Positions 48,496 to 57,797 of a stretch of DNA of 59,954 bases are shown here, one piece after another. The DNA comes from a virus. Its lineage: Duplodnaviria > Caudoviricetes. Both the position numbers and the translations under genes were made by a program. The stretch covers positions 1 to 59,954 of IMG/VR virus record IMGVR_UViG_3300020724_000008. The stretch is one strand, 5' to 3'. The first letter of the stretch is position 1, and each line of letters opens with the position of its first letter. The notes under the pieces were generated by a model. It saw nothing but the letters and a program-made list of their open reading frames with translations. It had not been told where the DNA came from and searched no databases.

Positions 48496-48861
48496 CTATA
48501 TCGCCTGCAAAATAGTGAGACCGCCCGCCCTAAAATGATGTTGCCAACCGTGACCGTCGTCTACAGTGGTCACGCCCGCAATGGTCGTGCCGGACATGGC
48601 CGCGCTCGATTTATCATACCCTGTGCCGGACGCCGCCCCGCGTTGCCAGCGTGTAAACTCATTAAATGGTATATGCTCAGGACGATTTAGCGTCCAGTCT
48701 GCAACATAAACCACCAACCGCCCCATGCCATCGGCAGGGTAGTGCATTCTGACTGTGCCGACGTGTTCAGCTCCACGCATCACCACATAGGCAGCAACAC
48801 GCTGCGCGTGTCGCTCAATATCGGCGTATAATTTTGACAATTTATCAGACTGTTTTGACAT
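48496..48861 (-). CDS. Hypothetical early protein
   Basis: GGGGG RBS; ASGTGYDKSSAA motif. Confidence 0.65.
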   Translation of the reverse strand: MSKQSDKLSKLYADIERHAQRVAAYVVMRGAEHVGTVRMHYPADGMGRLVVYVADWTLNRPEHIPFNEFTRWQRGAASGTGYDKSSAAMSGTTIAGVTTVDDGHGWQHHFRAGGLTILQAI

Positions 48862-48863
48862 GA

Positions 48864-49190
48864 TTAAAATCCCCCGTTTTTTGTATATTCGACAAAATCC
48901 GCGCGTGTTGCGCGTGACACAAACAAACCAAATGGCCAGCTTTGGCCGTCATCCTGCGAAAACGAAAAAACATAATCCAAACCCGCCACGCGATGATCAC
49001 GCCAAATCCGCGCCACCAACGCCACAACGTCCCGCGCGCTGGATCCGCGCCCGTACGCCTCAGCCATTTGCGCGCACTCAAAAATAATTAAATTTTTGAG
49101 CTCGCGCCGCGTATCGACCCGCACAATGTAAGAATTATCGGGCAGATAACACCCGCGCAATCCGTTGCTGATATGATAGTAACGACTCAC
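48864..49190 (-). CDS. Hypothetical early protein
   Basis: GGAGGG RBS before GTG; GLRGCYLPD. Confidence 0.6.
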   Translation of the reverse strand: MSRYYHISNGLRGCYLPDNSYIVRVDTRRELKNLIIFECAQMAEAYGRGSSARDVVALVARIWRDHRVAGLDYVFSFSQDDGQSWPFGLFVSRATRADFVEYTKNGGF

Positions 49191-49192
49191 AA

Positions 49193-49291
49193 TCAAACCC
49201 TCCCAAAACACAGATTTAAAATCCAGCCCCAGACCGCGCCAAATACAGCCACGACGGCGCCAAACATTGCCCAATCAATCGGCCTCAGCAT
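49193..49291 (-). CDS. Small membrane peptide
   Basis: 32 aa, single hydrophobic segment, fills the gap between genes. Confidence 0.35.
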   Translation of the reverse strand: MLRPIDWAMFGAVVAVFGAVWGWILNLCFGRV

Positions 49292-49587
49292 TTTAAAAAC
49301 ACCATTAAAACCGCGATAAAACAAACCGCAATCGTAACAGTCTCGACGTCGCGCGACCTTTGCACATCCGCCCACAAATCAGCAACACGATCCCAAACAG
49401 GCCGCCGCACAGGCCGCGCCTGATATATAACCTCAATATCGTCCTGATTAGTCACGATAACCACGCGATACGTTCCCACCAGTGACCGACCAAACGCGCA
49501 CGCGTCAGACAGCCCGCACACCTCAGCGACTAGCTCAAAACCATCACCAGCGCCAAAATCGCCAGAAATGCAAAAATTATCACGCAT
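49285..49587 (-). CDS. Hypothetical early protein (paralog of 49580..49795) with C-terminal TM
   Basis: GGGGG RBS; F.ISGDFG...SDACAFGR. Confidence 0.55.
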   Translation of the reverse strand: MRDNFCISGDFGAGDGFELVAEVCGLSDACAFGRSLVGTYRVVIVTNQDDIEVIYQARPVRRPVWDRVADLWADVQRSRDVETVTIAVCFIAVLMVFLKC

Positions 49588-49795
49588 GACAAAACCCCCG
49601 CGCCTGATATTCTGCAACCACATTGACCAGCCACGACCCATCAAATTCCAGTACCGAAATCGCCTGATAATCGCAATCAGGATCACCCGCGCGCACCCGC
49701 GCAAACGCCCGCGCATCTGATTCATTGTCAAATGAATCCAAAAATGATTCCGTATCATTGCCAAAATCGCCAAAAATATCAAAATGATTTACCAT
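49580..49795 (-). CDS. Acidic hypothetical early protein
   Basis: AGGAG RBS; F.IFGDFG...SDARAFAR. Confidence 0.6.
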   Translation of the reverse strand: MVNHFDIFGDFGNDTESFLDSFDNESDARAFARVRAGDPDCDYQAISVLEFDGSWLVNVVAEYQARGFCHA

Positions 49796-49844
49796 TATAA
49801 ACACTCCTAAAACATTGGCGCGACCGTAGCCGCGCCTGATTAAA

Positions 49845-50030
49845 TCACGCAACAACAGACTCGATAGACCCGCGCGCTGCACGATCAGCCCGCAACGCAA
49901 CCAACGCCGCATCCCTCACAACCTCTGTTAAATAATGTGTGACGCGCACATCAACCCGCACGCCATCGACGTAATCAGACACAATAACCGCACAGGTATG
50001 TCTCAGCAATTCGACCGTAAAATTTAACAT
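49845..50030 (-). CDS. First early gene, hypothetical
   Basis: AGGGG RBS downstream of early promoter. Confidence 0.55.
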   Translation of the reverse strand: MLNFTVELLRHTCAVIVSDYVDGVRVDVRVTHYLTEVVRDAALVALRADRAARGSIESVVA

Positions 50031-50074
50031 GATAGCACCCCTATATAAATCAGGACAAAACGCCCTGATACGTT

Positions 50075-50105
50075 ATTTATAGCGCGATTATTAAAATGTC
50101 GTCAA
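50075..50105 (-). promoter_or_regulatory. Early sigma70-type promoter
   Basis: Minus strand TTGACG...GCTATAAA resembles the alphaproteobacterial housekeeping consensus; followed by hairpin ATCAGGGCG-TTT-TGTCCTGAT. Confidence 0.6.
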
Positions 50106-50207
50106 TCCAAATTCAAACAAATCGCGCTCAAATAAATTAACTCAGTCCCTGTTAATTTGACCCGTCAATAACTGGCACTAAAAAACGGAGTCCGTTTATT
50201 ATATGCG

Positions 50208-50905
50208 CCCAGCCGTTCAGCCGTTCAGCCGGGCAGGATCCAGCCGTTCAGCCGTTCAGTCACCCAACCGGATAACCTGACCACCTGACCAGCCGTTCAG
50301 CCGACCAGCCGCCCAGCCGGATAACCTGACCACCTGACCGCGAGACTGTCCGATTGTCCGGCGATCCAGCGCGACGACCGCGACGACCGCGACCGCGACC
50401 GCGACCGCGACCGCAACGATCCAGCGCGACCGCGACCGCGACGATCCAGCGCGACCGCGACCGCGACGACCGCGACCGCGACGATCCAGCGCGACCGCGA
50501 CGACCGCGACCGCGACGACCGCGACGATCCAGCGCGACGACCGCGCGACGATCCAGCGCGACCGCGACCGCGACGACCGCGACCGCGACCGCGACCGCGA
50601 CGATCCAGCCGATCAACCGCCCAGCCGATTAGCCGCCCAGCCGACCAGCCGACCAGCCGACCAGCCGACCAGCCGCCCAGCCGACCAGCCGACCAGCCGA
50701 CCAGCCGACCAGCCGCCCAGCCGGATAACCTGACCACCTGACCGCGAGACTGTCCGGTTGTCCGGCGATCCAGCGCGACGACCGCGACGACCGCGACCGC
50801 AACCGCGACCGCGACCGCGACCGCGCGACGACCGCGACGACCGTGACCCCCCACCCTCGACGGCTCATCGCATTTTTGAGACCCCCGCCACCCCCCACCC
50901 CCCGA
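50208..50905. repeat. Composite low-complexity repeat array, probable genome-terminus region
   Basis: (CGCGAC)n, (CCAGCCGA)n, CAGCCGTT repeats, CCGGATAACCTGACCACCTGACC x3, C-runs. Confidence 0.8.
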
Positions 50906-50963
50906 CTTGCCGCGCCCACACGTTCTATACCCTCAACCCTCAAAAATTTTTCAGAGATAAGTT

Positions 50964-51046
50964 TTAGACATGTTGTCTAATAGAGAAGCCCCGACACCCC
51001 TCAAATTTTTAAATTTTTACATTTTAAACTTTTGACATCTTGTCTA
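50964..51046. promoter_or_regulatory. Two GACA-N3-TGTC palindromes upstream of the gcrA/terminase operon
   Basis: TTAGACATGTTGTCTAA (50964) and TTGACATCTTGTCTA (51032); TTGACA also at 51088. Confidence 0.6.
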
Positions 51047-51122
51047 TTTGACTTATCCGACCTATCCGCTCCGCACACCCAAACCTCTTGACAACCCGCA
51101 CTATCGCATCTACGCATCGTGA

Positions 51123-51680
51123 ATGGCAGTTATTCGAGATTTCCCACGACCTCGACCTTGGTCAGAGGACGATGAAGCGACCCTTTTCAAAATGAAAAGT
51201 CGCAATGCACACTATTCTGAAATTGCACATGCCCTAGGCCGAACCAGATCGTCTGTGGCCGGTCGTTTAGATCGGTATAACCCAGAAGAGTTGCATGTAA
51301 TTTTGGCCAAACTGGCCGACGATCCGAGTATTTCGGTGGAGATACCAAAAATAAATCGGAAAAATGCAAAAATTGTGCAAAAACCTTCGCAATTTCGGCG
51401 TCAAAAGACGAAAATAGAGCCAAATATTAAAGTTGCGGTCGTTCCAGAGCTGAATAGATTTGATGTTGAAGGGATAATCGGTATTCCGCTGAGTGAAATA
51501 GGTAGTCGAACGTGTCGGTGGCCTTTGGGCGGTTCGCTTGATGCGGTGGAGTTGTATTGCGGAGCTGCAACGGCGGATTTACGCATCAGAAAACCATATT
51601 GTACGGCTCACATGCAACTTGGATACATCATCCCGCCGAAAGTGTCCGGCGTTGCACCATTGCAGCATCGTCCGGAATGA
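51123..51680 (+). CDS. gcrA: GcrA-family transcription regulator
   Basis: N-terminal WSE...EIAHALGRTRSSVAGRL; C-terminal CRWPLG...YCG...PYCTAH. Confidence 0.8.
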   Translation: MAVIRDFPRPRPWSEDDEATLFKMKSRNAHYSEIAHALGRTRSSVAGRLDRYNPEELHVILAKLADDPSISVEIPKINRKNAKIVQKPSQFRRQKTKIEPNIKVAVVPELNRFDVEGIIGIPLSEIGSRTCRWPLGGSLDAVELYCGAATADLRIRKPYCTAHMQLGYIIPPKVSGVAPLQHRPE

Positions 51681-51716
51681 ACTATATTATGTTTAGTTTT
51701 AATTTGAGAGGCTAAA

Positions 51717-51962
51717 ATGTCTGATGTTCTGATTGCTCTTGAAAATATTCGCACCGCCGTCCAGTCTGCCGCTTCCCACCTAGCTGCTGGAGTCGCCAGC
51801 CGCAGTTCGGCAGTTCTGGACGGCAACGTAGCCGAAGTTATCGCCGGATTGGGTAAGCTGGACGCTTTTGTGGCCGAACACGCTCTTGTTGTTTCGGCCA
51901 GCACTGCAACTCCGGTTGTTCCTGAAGTTATTGTGCCTGTTGAAGCTGTACCTGTGGTGTAA
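51717..51962 (+). CDS. Hypothetical protein
   Basis: GAGG RBS; Ala/Val-rich. Confidence 0.6.
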   Translation: MSDVLIALENIRTAVQSAASHLAAGVASRSSAVLDGNVAEVIAGLGKLDAFVAEHALVVSASTATPVVPEVIVPVEAVPVV

Positions 51963-52780
51963 TGTCTGATTTGAAATTTCCCGAAGGTTGGCTTTCTTTA
52001 GGCGCGGTAAGTTCCCTGCTTAAACGCCGTCGGGATGTTTTAAAAAAATTGGTAGATCAAGGGTATTTTGATTCAGCGATTGAAGGTGCTCGTAATAAGA
52101 TATACCGATTTAATCTGAACCGGATGACCGAAGAGGAGCTTGCGCGTATCGAAAGTACGCGCACTCGAAAATGGCAAGAACGCTCATCTCGTAAAGGCGC
52201 TCATTTAATTAAAGATTGGATAGTTGAAAATCGCATGGCCAAAGCAGCGGATATTGCAGGTGCGAAGGCGCAACGGAAAGAGCAGTTCTTGCGTGATCTG
52301 GCCGAAGAGCATGAGCGCGAGGCTGGTGTTGCCGGTGAAACGGTTGATGCTGTTTTAATCCCGCCGCGTCGAAAAGTGGCGAAGAAGGACGGCGAGGCCG
52401 AAGTTGTTCAGGGCTTGGTGCAATTGCCGGCGCGCTCTACAAACATGACGGATTTGAACCGCCGCGCAAGCACAAACAAGAAAGTTTTGTCGGCGCGGTT
52501 TTTAGAGGATGTCTATTCGGATTGGGAGACACACGGTCTGGCCGTTTTGAAGATCGTGCGCCGAGATCGGCCACAGGATTATTTAAAAGTTGTTGCGTCC
52601 CTGCTACCGCGCGATATTCAAGTCGCTCCGGCTCCACTAACTGAAATGAGTGACGAAGAAATTGTCAACATCCTTGCAAATATTAAATCCGTCTCAGCTG
52701 TTGGCTCTACAGGAGAAGCTACAGGCCGAGTTGACGTTAAGGATGCGCCGCAACGCAATCTCAACATACTTCCCGAATAG
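51962..52780 (+). CDS. Terminase small subunit (putative) with N-terminal HTH
   Basis: FLEDVYSDWETHG...RPQDYLKVVASLLPR, EMSDEE; precedes TerL. Confidence 0.65.
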   Translation: MSDLKFPEGWLSLGAVSSLLKRRRDVLKKLVDQGYFDSAIEGARNKIYRFNLNRMTEEELARIESTRTRKWQERSSRKGAHLIKDWIVENRMAKAADIAGAKAQRKEQFLRDLAEEHEREAGVAGETVDAVLIPPRRKVAKKDGEAEVVQGLVQLPARSTNMTDLNRRASTNKKVLSARFLEDVYSDWETHGLAVLKIVRRDRPQDYLKVVASLLPRDIQVAPAPLTEMSDEEIVNILANIKSVSAVGSTGEATGRVDVKDAPQRNLNILPE

Positions 52781-53399
52781 CGGGCCGTTCCGTCGAGAAT
52801 TGTACCGGAAGCATCTTGAGTTCTTCGCCGCTGGTGCAGAGCATCAAGAACGTGCGTTCATGGGCGGCAACCGTTCCGGCAAGACAATCGGCGGCAGCTT
52901 TGAAACCACATTACACGCCACCGGTGAATACCCCGATTGGTGGACAGGCCGAAGGTTTGAAGCCCCATGTGATATGTGGGCAGCCGGTGATACGAACGAA
53001 ACCACCCGCGATATTATCCAGTTTGCACTGTTAGGGCGATTTGGCGATTTTGGCACAGGTATGATACCATATCGCTGCCTTGATGGTGAACCAACACGGC
53101 GACAAGGTATCGCAGAAGCGGTCGATACATTTCGGGTGAGGCATAAGTCTGGTGGCGTCAGCACGATTGGTTTGAAATCGTCTGAATCTGGCCGCGCAAA
53201 ATTTCAGGGTACGGCCAAGCATGTGATCTGGCTGGACGAAGAACCGCCCGCCGATGTTTACGATGAATGTCTGATGCGTTTGATGACAACAAATGGTATT
53301 ATGATGTGCACCTTCACACCTTTGAAGGGTTTGAGTGAAGTTGCGCTGCGGTTCTTACCGCACATGGCACCGGCCAATGAAACCGGGGATGGATCATAA
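52650..53399 (+). CDS. Terminase large subunit, ATPase half
   Basis: GGNRSGKT, VIWLDEE, TFTP; P22-like HATG.YPDWW.GRRF; GTG start overlaps TerS. Confidence 0.85.
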   Translation: MTKKLSTSLQILNPSQLLALQEKLQAELTLRMRRNAISTYFPNSGPFRRELYRKHLEFFAAGAEHQERAFMGGNRSGKTIGGSFETTLHATGEYPDWWTGRRFEAPCDMWAAGDTNETTRDIIQFALLGRFGDFGTGMIPYRCLDGEPTRRQGIAEAVDTFRVRHKSGGVSTIGLKSSESGRAKFQGTAKHVIWLDEEPPADVYDECLMRLMTTNGIMMCTFTPLKGLSEVALRFLPHMAPANETGDGS

Positions 53400-53400
53400 G

Positions 53401-54174
53401 ATGTCAAGGTTTTGCGTTCAGGTATCATGGGATGAAGCACCACATCTGACCAAAAAGCAGAAGGATGATCTGTATGCTGCAATTCCTCCCCACCAGCGTG
53501 AAAGCCGTACACGAGGAATACCAGAACTGGGTTCTGGATCTATCTATCCTATATCCGAAGATGACATCCTTGTGGATCCTTTCGATATTCCACTGCATTT
53601 TACCAAAGTCTACGGATTAGACGTAGGTTGGAACCGGACGGCAGCGATCTGGGGCGCGGTCGATGTTGACAATGATACGGTCTATTTGTACGCCGAGCAT
53701 TATCGGGGTCAAGCCGATCCGGCAATTCACGTTCAGTCGATTATGGCACGAGGCCGATGGATACCCGGCGTGATTGATCCGGCATCTCGCGGTCGCGCGC
53801 AACACGATGGCCAACAATTGCTGGTGTCATATACGAATTTGGGTTTGCATTTGACTCCCGCTGACAATGCGGTTGAGGCCGGCATCTTTGATGTTTGGCA
53901 GCGGTTATCAACTGGCCGATTAAAAGTGTTTCGCTCGATGCGAAATTGGCTGGCCGAGTTCCGCATTTATCGGCGCGACCGAAACGGCAAAGTCGTTAAA
54001 GAGAATGATCACGCGATGGATGCGACGCGCTATCTGGTGCGAAGCGGCATTACCGCTGCGTCTCAAAGCCCGCGCGAAGAATGGGGTAAATTGGTTACGC
54101 ATTCTAAGCACCAGATTGATTATACGCCGATGGCGGAGGGTTGGATGATTGATAAAGGGAGTACATTACAATGA
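53401..54174 (+). CDS. Terminase large subunit, lid plus nuclease half
   Basis: SWDEAPHL, R.RGIP.LGSG, GLDVGWN, DHAMDATRY. Confidence 0.85.
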   Translation: MSRFCVQVSWDEAPHLTKKQKDDLYAAIPPHQRESRTRGIPELGSGSIYPISEDDILVDPFDIPLHFTKVYGLDVGWNRTAAIWGAVDVDNDTVYLYAEHYRGQADPAIHVQSIMARGRWIPGVIDPASRGRAQHDGQQLLVSYTNLGLHLTPADNAVEAGIFDVWQRLSTGRLKVFRSMRNWLAEFRIYRRDRNGKVVKENDHAMDATRYLVRSGITAASQSPREEWGKLVTHSKHQIDYTPMAEGWMIDKGSTLQ

Positions 54175-54737
54175 GCAAAGATTCGAATAGCACACGCATG
54201 ATGGTGCGTTTGTCCGGTGAGGACGCAGCATGGATTGAGACTGAAGCCGATATGCTTGGGCTTGATGCGTCATCGTTTATGCGTATGTTGGTGCGTCAGC
54301 GCCGCAATAATATTTCTGCGGCATCAATGCAAGCCGCCGAAGTACCGATTGATCGGCCACGGCCTCGGCCAGCGCTGCCACCGCAAATTCAGGGCGCGCC
54401 TACTCGCATATTGCAAGCTGCGCCTGCACCCGAACCTGAGCCTGAAGAAACTTATTACGACGATGATGTTGTTGACGATGATTTTGAAGTTCCTGCCGAT
54501 GCGGATGGCGGTATCGCTTCAAACGAATTGGCTGCTTTGATGGGTTTGGGAGTGCGTCAGATCGAAACCGCTTCGCGCGAATATAAACCTTTGCCTAAGA
54601 TGTTGGCCGGTTCTTATACGCGACCGGCGGGTGTCGCAAATACCAAAGGTGCAGGTCATCACACCGGTGATGGCGTTGGGAATGTGGTGCGCGAGAATTA
54701 CCGGCATCTCGGATTTAAGGGTGGTGGTTCCCGATGA
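54171..54737 (+). CDS. Protein with N-terminal ribbon-helix-helix domain
   Basis: GGGAG RBS; MMVRLS...EA..LGL..SSFMRMLV. Confidence 0.6.
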   Translation: MSKDSNSTRMMVRLSGEDAAWIETEADMLGLDASSFMRMLVRQRRNNISAASMQAAEVPIDRPRPRPALPPQIQGAPTRILQAAPAPEPEPEETYYDDDVVDDDFEVPADADGGIASNELAALMGLGVRQIETASREYKPLPKMLAGSYTRPAGVANTKGAGHHTGDGVGNVVRENYRHLGFKGGGSR

Positions 54738-54964
54738 GTTCAGCACACCTATCCGCTTTTGATAAGATGGCTGCCGAAAAACAGGAAGTGCTTCTCAATT
54801 ATCTCGCTATGCGTTATAATTGGTCAATCGAACGCGCAGAACGTGAAGTTCGGGATCTTGATCATATCGGATTGGCATATATAAATGTCGAAATGAAAAT
54901 GGAGCGGGTCACAACTCACTCCTCTGATTACGATCCGTCAGCTTCAAATTGGGGTGTTGTGTGA
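54734..54964 (+). CDS. Small protein ending in TerL-like HxxDYxPxAxxW motif
   Basis: ATGA coupling; GGTGG RBS. Confidence 0.55.
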   Translation: MSSAHLSAFDKMAAEKQEVLLNYLAMRYNWSIERAEREVRDLDHIGLAYINVEMKMERVTTHSSDYDPSASNWGVV

Positions 54965-55230
54965 TGTCTTACAACGGAAACATTTTTGGTTTGCATCTAT
55001 ATGGCGCACTGTTTACGAGTATGGTATTTATTCGCTGCTTAGAGCGCGATAACCATTGGGCAATGGCTATAATTTTGATTGCGGTCGGTCTGGCACATCT
55101 TTCGTATCAATCAGACGTATCTGATTCATTCTGGGGTGCAAAAGAACGTAGCATGTCAGGTGTGATGCTTTCATTGGCTTCTGTTGTATTGTCCACTGTA
55201 GCTGCATTTCTTGTTATTTTTGGAGCTTAA
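54964..55230 (+). CDS. Small membrane protein (3 TM)
   Basis: Three hydrophobic segments; GGGG RBS. Confidence 0.55.
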   Translation: MSYNGNIFGLHLYGALFTSMVFIRCLERDNHWAMAIILIAVGLAHLSYQSDVSDSFWGAKERSMSGVMLSLASVVLSTVAAFLVIFGA

Positions 55231-55231
55231 T

Positions 55232-55444
55232 ATGGGTTTTCTATCACCACCATCAGCGCCACCTCCTCCACCGCCAAGTGCAAATCCTCCGTCTGCGGCC
55301 AATGGTTCGGCAGCTGCAACAGGTGAAGCCGCCCGTATGCGATCAGCCGCTGCCGCCGGTGGTGGTTTTGATAACACGCTGTTTACAGGCGGGCAGGGCG
55401 TAGGGGCAACTCCGACCGCTGGTAAATCTCTAACAGGTCAGTGA
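55232..55444 (+). CDS. Small Pro-rich pre-portal virion protein
   Basis: GGAG RBS; MGF..PPPPP...TLFTG..G...KSLTGQ typical of the gene before the portal. Confidence 0.7.
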   Translation: MGFLSPPSAPPPPPPSANPPSAANGSAAATGEAARMRSAAAAGGGFDNTLFTGGQGVGATPTAGKSLTGQ

Positions 55445-55448
55445 GATC

Positions 55449-57317
55449 ATGGCTGAACAAGAAGTCGCGCATTATGAAATGGCTGGTCCGGGACTTCTCA
55501 TAGAAGAAGCTGCGACCAGCGAACCCATGGCTTATATGACGCCTGAAGAAAAGCTGAACTGGGCTTCTCTTCGTGGTCACATCGAAACTCGTTTGAGTAT
55601 GATGCGTAGCTGGCGTTTTTCATGGATCCAGCACTGGGCTTTGTGCGCGCAGTATATAAATCCTCGTCGGTCTTTATGGTTGACGAATGGCGGTGTTGAT
55701 CTGCCGGTGGCAAACTCTATGACTCGCGGTTTGCCGATCAATCAAAATATTCTTGATCCAACAGCAACTTATGCGTCGCGCGTTTGTGCGGCCGGTATGA
55801 TGGCCGGTTTGATGTCTCCATCCCGCCCTTGGTTCAAATTGAAGCCTGTCGGAAGTGTTGAACTTGATCGTGACGGCCAGCTTTGGTTTGAAGCCGTTGA
55901 GTTGATGATATACACGGTCATGGCACATTCAAACTTTTATGACTCCGGCGCGCAGATGTTTGAAGATTTGACCATCTACGGCACAGCGCCGATGATCATC
56001 TATGAAGATGAGGATGATATTATCCGCTGCTACAATCCGGTAGTGGGCGAGTATTTTATTGGCGTCGGCTCCACCTTCCGTCCAGAAACATTGTATCGCC
56101 AATTCACGATGAACATTTTGCAAATCGTTGAAATGTTCGGTCTTGATAACTGCCCTGAAGATGTTCGCTCCCTCTGGCAAAATAAAGGATCTTATCTTGA
56201 AACAGAAAGGATCGTCGCGCATGCCATCGAACCAAACTTCGAAATCGACTCTCCCAACGGAAAAGCGTTTGGGAAGATCGAGGGAGATTTCAAATATCGA
56301 GAAGTCTACTGGATCTGGGGTTCCTCGACAGACTTCCCGCTATCTAAACGTGGTTTCAAAGACGCGCCATTCATAGCGCCGCGCTGGTGGATTTCTGCAA
56401 ACGATCCGTATGGCCGTTCACCTGCAATGGACGCTCTTGGCGACATCATGCAGCTTCAGCAAGAAACAAAACGTAAAGCCGAGTTGCTTGAAAAAGTTGT
56501 GCGGCCACCGCTTAATGCGCCAATCGAGTTGAAAAACCAACCTTCATCTATTTTGCCCGGTCATATCACTTATTCGTCCAATCCGGGTAACGGAATGAAG
56601 CCCGTATTTGAAGTTCGCGCCGAGGCGCTGCCCGGCATTACAAATGATTTGATGCAAATTCAAGGTCGCATTAAAACCGGATTTTTCAACGATCTGTTTT
56701 TAATGCTGGCCAGTTCAACCAAAGATATGACCGCTTATGAAGTTGCACAGCGTCAAAATGAAAAGCTGCAAGTGCTCGGCCCCGTTATTGAGCGTTTTCA
56801 AAATGAAGGTGCTGGCCCTGCAATCAAGCGCGTCTATTCGATCCTAGCGCGCAAAAAACTTTTGCCGCCCATGCCACCTTCAATGCAGGGAATGCAGATT
56901 CAGATCGAATATATTTCGATGTTGGCTCTCGCGCAGCGTGCAGTCGCAACAGCCGGCATTGAACGCTTGCTGGCGTTGCAAGGCAAACTCGCGCCGGTCA
57001 ATCCGGGCGTGCTCGATTTGATTGACGATGACGAAGTGATGAAAGAATACGGCGAGCAGCTTGGCGTATCTAAAAAAATCTTCCGCCCGATGGAGGAGGT
57101 TTTGAAAATGCGTGATGCAAAAGCACAGCAAGCCGCACAAGCGGCTCAACAGCAGCAAATGGGCCACATGGCCACTCAAATCGGCCCTGCTTTGACTGGC
57201 GCAGCAAAAGATTTGTCGGCAACAGATGTCGGCGGGGGTATGAATGCTCTGCAAGCTATGCTAGGCGGTGCAGGTGCAGGTATCGGCGGCGCTGGGCCGA
57301 GTGGCGGAGGACAGTAA
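55449..57317 (+). CDS. Portal protein (head-tail connector, Bbp21/T7 gp8-like)
   Basis: SPSRPWF, YGRSPAMDALGD, MTAYEV..R..EKL..LGPV.ER..E, IEYISMLA.AQR. Confidence 0.92.
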   Translation: MAEQEVAHYEMAGPGLLIEEAATSEPMAYMTPEEKLNWASLRGHIETRLSMMRSWRFSWIQHWALCAQYINPRRSLWLTNGGVDLPVANSMTRGLPINQNILDPTATYASRVCAAGMMAGLMSPSRPWFKLKPVGSVELDRDGQLWFEAVELMIYTVMAHSNFYDSGAQMFEDLTIYGTAPMIIYEDEDDIIRCYNPVVGEYFIGVGSTFRPETLYRQFTMNILQIVEMFGLDNCPEDVRSLWQNKGSYLETERIVAHAIEPNFEIDSPNGKAFGKIEGDFKYREVYWIWGSSTDFPLSKRGFKDAPFIAPRWWISANDPYGRSPAMDALGDIMQLQQETKRKAELLEKVVRPPLNAPIELKNQPSSILPGHITYSSNPGNGMKPVFEVRAEALPGITNDLMQIQGRIKTGFFNDLFLMLASSTKDMTAYEVAQRQNEKLQVLGPVIERFQNEGAGPAIKRVYSILARKKLLPPMPPSMQGMQIQIEYISMLALAQRAVATAGIERLLALQGKLAPVNPGVLDLIDDDEVMKEYGEQLGVSKKIFRPMEEVLKMRDAKAQQAAQAAQQQQMGHMATQIGPALTGAAKDLSATDVGGGMNALQAMLGGAGAGIGGAGPSGGGQ

Positions 57318-57320
57318 TTT

Positions 57321-57797
57321 ATGAGTGATTCTGAAAAGTTAATCATCCCCGATAATCAGGAAGCGCAGGGTGATTTTGATAAAATCGGTATTCGAATGCT
57401 GGAAACCGACAGTTACGATGTCATCATTCATGCGTTGCGTACCGCTGCCGAAGGTGCCGCCAATCTTGTCGTGCTGCGTGAAGATGACGCTTGGAAAACC
57501 GTGGTGTTGGTTCTCGATCGTTTGCGGATCGCTATTGTAAAAAGTTCCGGCTTCAATCGGCCAAGCGATTTGAAAGAAACTCGGCCTGTTGAGGGCGCAT
57601 CTGTCATGCCGCGTGTTCTCGCTTATGAGCGCTTATATGAGGGCTTAAAAAATGCCGAGCGTGGCTCGCGTCAAATGGCCACCTGTCATCGAGGCGATAT
57701 TCGCTGGTCGATGTACGCGCAGCAATTTGAAAAAATGCGCGATTCTTGTTCAGTCATGGCTCGTAGAAAATCCGGCATTATTCAGGTGCGACATTGA
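57321..57797 (+). CDS. Hypothetical protein with internal duplication
   Basis: GGAGG RBS; two Y...L..A..G...D..W...R units. Confidence 0.6.
   Translation: MSDSEKLIIPDNQEAQGDFDKIGIRMLETDSYDVIIHALRTAAEGAANLVVLREDDAWKTVVLVLDRLRIAIVKSSGFNRPSDLKETRPVEGASVMPRVLAYERLYEGLKNAERGSRQMATCHRGDIRWSMYAQQFEKMRDSCSVMARRKSGIIQVRH

Noticed and set aside
50137-50155. CtrA box in the early promoter region
   Set aside because: TTAA half-sites are 11 nt apart rather than the 7 required
50260-50967. RS/RP/VAVA-repeat ORFs on both strands
   Set aside because: Open only because the low-complexity repeats lack stop codons
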